Below are positions 61,296-64,000 of a stretch of DNA of 64,000 nucleotides, piece after piece. A program made the position numbers and the translations under genes. Source of the DNA: Erysipelotrichaceae bacterium (GTDB taxonomy: Bacteria; Bacillota_I; Bacilli_A; Erysipelotrichales; Erysipelotrichaceae); the NCBI GenBank assembly GCA_015058875.1, contig SVBN01000006.1, forward strand, positions 2,705-66,704, read 5' to 3'. The stretch's first letter is position 1, and every line of letters begins with the position of its first letter. The notes under the pieces were generated by a model. That model did not search any database. It was not told the DNA's origin and worked only from the letters and a program-made list of their open reading frames with translations.

Positions 61296-62654
61296 TTAAT
61301 CTTCTTTTTTTGCCTCGTCCTGCAGGTTCTGCTGTCTTTCATACAGTTTGATGCAGGGAATGTAGACAAGTACTGCGGCAGCCAGACAGATCAGCTGTGT
61401 AATGCCGCCCATGATATTTCCACCGGAAGCGAGGAAGCCTGCAATGACCGGAGGAGTGGTCCAGGGAACATTGACATACATAACCGGGCAGACGCCGATG
61501 GCAGTCAGCACATATGCAATGGTGTAAGACAGGATCGGTGCGATGATGAAGCCGATGCACATGACCGGATTCAGGACAACCGGCAGACCGAATACGACTG
61601 TTTCATTGATATTGAAGCAGTTCGGCAGAGCGGAAAGCTTTGCAATGGAGCGGTTGTCTTCTCTCTTGCCGGCAAGAAAGATAGCGATTGTAATCGCACC
61701 GGCGATGCCTGTACCTGCGAATGTAATGAAGCATGCGGAGAAACTTGCGTTCAGAATATGCGGTGCGGCAAGTCCTGCTTTGACCGCTGTTTCGTTTTCG
61801 ATCATCATGGCAGTCAGGACCGGTGCCAGAACAGATCCGACCATGTTGTTTCCGTGGAGTCCGAAGCACCAGAAGACAGAGATGATGATGACCATGATCA
61901 GACCGCCCGCGAAGGAACCTGTGATGTTCTGCAGAGGTACCTGGATCAGGTTGAAGATCAGATTATGAACTGTGGAACCGGTCAGAGACTGGATCAGGAA
62001 TGCGAATACGCCGATTGTAAGAATCGTCAGTGTGGAAGGAATCAGCGCGTTGAAGGAAGCTGCAATATTGGGAGGTACCTGTTCCGGAAGCTTTATTTTC
62101 AGCGCTTCGAATTTGTTGAAGAAGTTCAGAATTTCAACCGCCAGGATACCGACGATCATTGCAGTGAAGAGTCCGCCTGCACCGAGCACATCCGAGCTCA
62201 GGATTTGCAGCATGATTCCGCCCGGAACGAATGCGCCGAAGCTGTTGTATTCGAAGGCACCGTTGAGACCCATAACACTGTCTGCGGATGTTGTGGCACC
62301 GACAACAGTGACAAGTCCTGCCAGAGCGATCAGTCCGCTGTAATAACTCTTCATTCCGTTCCTTCTGCCGATTTCAAGGCCGATTGCAAAGCAGATGCAG
62401 AGAGAGATACAGCCGATTGTCGCAAAGTTCATTGCGCTGAAGATCGGATTGAGAAATTCGAGTTTCATGACAGCCGGAACCAGTGCTCCGAGACCTGTCT
62501 GTGCATTGACCACAACGGAAGTCCACAGGGTTCCGATTGCACCGATGATTGTAAAAGGCATGAATTCCTGGAAAGCGTCGCGGATCGCTCCGAGATATTT
62601 GTTGTTTGAGACCCACATTCCGAAGGCCATCAGTTTGTCAGCAAAACCGTTCAT
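61296..62654 (-). CDS. PTS cellobiose/lactose-family EIIC component
   Basis: AIRDAF...MP, GLFTAM, LPEQVPP, FWCFGLHG, FNINETVVFGLPVVLNP, VPWTTP; start MNGFADK. Confidence 0.92.
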   Translation of the reverse strand: MNGFADKLMAFGMWVSNNKYLGAIRDAFQEFMPFTIIGAIGTLWTSVVVNAQTGLGALVPAVMKLEFLNPIFSAMNFATIGCISLCICFAIGLEIGRRNGMKSYYSGLIALAGLVTVVGATTSADSVMGLNGAFEYNSFGAFVPGGIMLQILSSDVLGAGGLFTAMIVGILAVEILNFFNKFEALKIKLPEQVPPNIAASFNALIPSTLTILTIGVFAFLIQSLTGSTVHNLIFNLIQVPLQNITGSFAGGLIMVIIISVFWCFGLHGNNMVGSVLAPVLTAMMIENETAVKAGLAAPHILNASFSACFITFAGTGIAGAITIAIFLAGKREDNRSIAKLSALPNCFNINETVVFGLPVVLNPVMCIGFIIAPILSYTIAYVLTAIGVCPVMYVNVPWTTPPVIAGFLASGGNIMGGITQLICLAAAVLVYIPCIKLYERQQNLQDEAKKED

Positions 62655-62809
62655 ATTTTTTTTGCCCCTTTCGTTTGACACCCGCATCATATCCGGCCGG
62701 AAAGCGACATGAAATGAACCGGAGCAATTCCGGAACAAAATACACATCCGGAATCTTTTTTTAAACTCAGAGCATGTGTACAATGTTTCTGAAGGGGAGC
62801 CATACCCAT

Positions 62810-63649
62810 ATGATCAGAGAACTGAAGGAGCAGACAAAATTCACTGAAACAGAAAAAGAGATCGCCGATTACGTGCTGCGGCGGGAAGATGAAATCATTC
62901 CGATGTCGATCCGGGAGTTTTCCGATGCCTGCAATGCGTCCCCTACCGCTGTCATGCGCTTCTGCAGAAAACTCGGATGTGACGGCTTCAAAGACTTCAA
63001 GATAAAGCTGCTGAAAGAACTGGAAAAACCTGCAAAACCGGCTATGACGGATGTGAACCGCCCTTTCTATATCGGATACAGCACCCAGAAAATAGCCAGA
63101 ACCATTTATAAGCTTCAGGAAGAATCCATGAAGGAATGCATGGAAGATCTTGATATTCCTTCCATTGAAAAGGCCGCACGCATCCTGACAAATGCAAGAG
63201 TCGTCTTCATGTATGGCTACGGAGACTCCCTGATTCTTGCCCGCAGCTTCATGAACCGGCTGTATAAGATCAACAAAATGTGCATTCTCGCAACGGAGTC
63301 ATCCGAAGAGGCCGGCATGTCTAATAATGCCACGGAAAAAGATGCGGCAGTATTCATCACCTACCGCGGCGGAAATGAAAAGTTCAGCAAATGTGCGGAT
63401 ACTCTGAAACAGCAGAAGTGTCCTGTCATTGTTCTCTCGGCAGATTTTGAAACGCCGCTTACGGAAAAGGCAGATATTTCCATCCGGGTAAAAGACAAAG
63501 AGAATTCATCGGATAACATTGCAACATTCTACTCTCAGGCCGTGTTCGGATACATACTGAATGTGCTTTACAGCCTGATTTATTCGGCTATGTACACAAA
63601 AAACCATTCACACAAAAAGAAGATCGATGAATATACGAAACTGAAATAG
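62810..63649 (+). CDS. RpiR/MurR-family transcriptional regulator
   Basis: TETEKEIADY, SPTAVMRFCRKLGCDGFKDFK, SIS domain; divergent from the EIIC gene. Confidence 0.9.
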   Translation: MIRELKEQTKFTETEKEIADYVLRREDEIIPMSIREFSDACNASPTAVMRFCRKLGCDGFKDFKIKLLKELEKPAKPAMTDVNRPFYIGYSTQKIARTIYKLQEESMKECMEDLDIPSIEKAARILTNARVVFMYGYGDSLILARSFMNRLYKINKMCILATESSEEAGMSNNATEKDAAVFITYRGGNEKFSKCADTLKQQKCPVIVLSADFETPLTEKADISIRVKDKENSSDNIATFYSQAVFGYILNVLYSLIYSAMYTKNHSHKKKIDEYTKLK

Positions 63650-63676
63650 TCAGGAATCCTATGCGGAAATTTACTT

Positions 63677-63706
63677 TAAAGAGCCGGCACACCGGCTCTT
63701 TTTCCG
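63677..63706. terminator. Bidirectional terminator
   Basis: AAAGAGCCGG-caca-CCGGCTCTTTTT. Confidence 0.8.
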
Positions 63707-63707
63707 T

Positions 63708-64000
63708 TCAGAAGAGGTTTTTTGCCCAGGATGGTCTGCAGAAAAGCTGAAGCGCCTGTTCCAGAGCATATGATACATGGATCAGGATGTCTTCCCTGTA
63801 CGCACCTGACATCAGGTAATAACTGAGCGGATGATAATCGGTTTCATCCGGTTCAGCCGCAGGAATTGTCATGCATGGATTCCCGGAAACCGGTGCCAGG
63901 TTTGTCCGGACACGGCAGCCGGCCGTCATCAGGCAGTCCAGCCCGTAACGTTCCAGTGTACCGTCCAGCAGTCTGTGTGATTCCTTCTCCAGTTCCAGGC
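63708..64000 (-). CDS. Amidase-signature-family protein, C-terminal part (runs off window edge)
   Basis: Frame continues to the window end: LELEKESHRLLDGTLERYGLDCLMTAG...SGNPCMTIPA...EDILIHVSYALEQ...RP, like amidase C-termini. Confidence 0.6.
   Translation of the reverse strand, partial: LELEKESHRLLDGTLERYGLDCLMTAGCRVRTNLAPVSGNPCMTIPAAEPDETDYHPLSYYLMSGAYREDILIHVSYALEQALQLFCRPSWAKNLF

Overview
A 64 kb stretch of mostly core chromosome from an anaerobic Firmicute (about 50-55% GC by eye). Gene content and protein style suggest an Erysipelotrichaceae-like gut or rumen organism, but that assignment is an inference. No rRNA, tRNA, CRISPR array, prophage or classical IS transposase was seen. Housekeeping and transport content includes: a BMP-type nucleoside ABC transporter; an MBOAT + DHHW acyl-transfer pair followed by rlmD and an RluA-family synthase; a LysR-chrA-chrA-hypothetical cassette; three GH1 6-phospho-beta-glucosidases; a 2-hydroxyacyl-CoA dehydratase activase/dehydratase/HAD operon; a uracil/xanthine permease; groESL with two CIRCE boxes; T-box-regulated pheST; Rex/cre-flanked adhE; and an RpiR/PTS-IIC/Gfo/ROK sugar locus. 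The best second-look items are: (1) an unannotated, highly structured intergenic RNA candidate with C-rich anti-SD loops at 19150-19305; (2) an Rpn nuclease gene with an in-frame internal SD+ATG that would yield a 76-aa RpnS-type antitoxin, plus an altered catalytic motif; (3) a PMT + second GT-C operon facing a Pro/Ala/Ser/Thr-rich lipoprotein, a candidate protein O-glycosylation system; (4) a co-oriented AlkZ-like / Zn-ribbon / UmuC-like / YolD / Nudix cluster with no visible LexA box; (5) several apparently degenerate enzymes (Fe-S-less RlmD, His-less SGNH between two acylphosphatases). All family assignments come from motif recognition by eye; no database searches were run.
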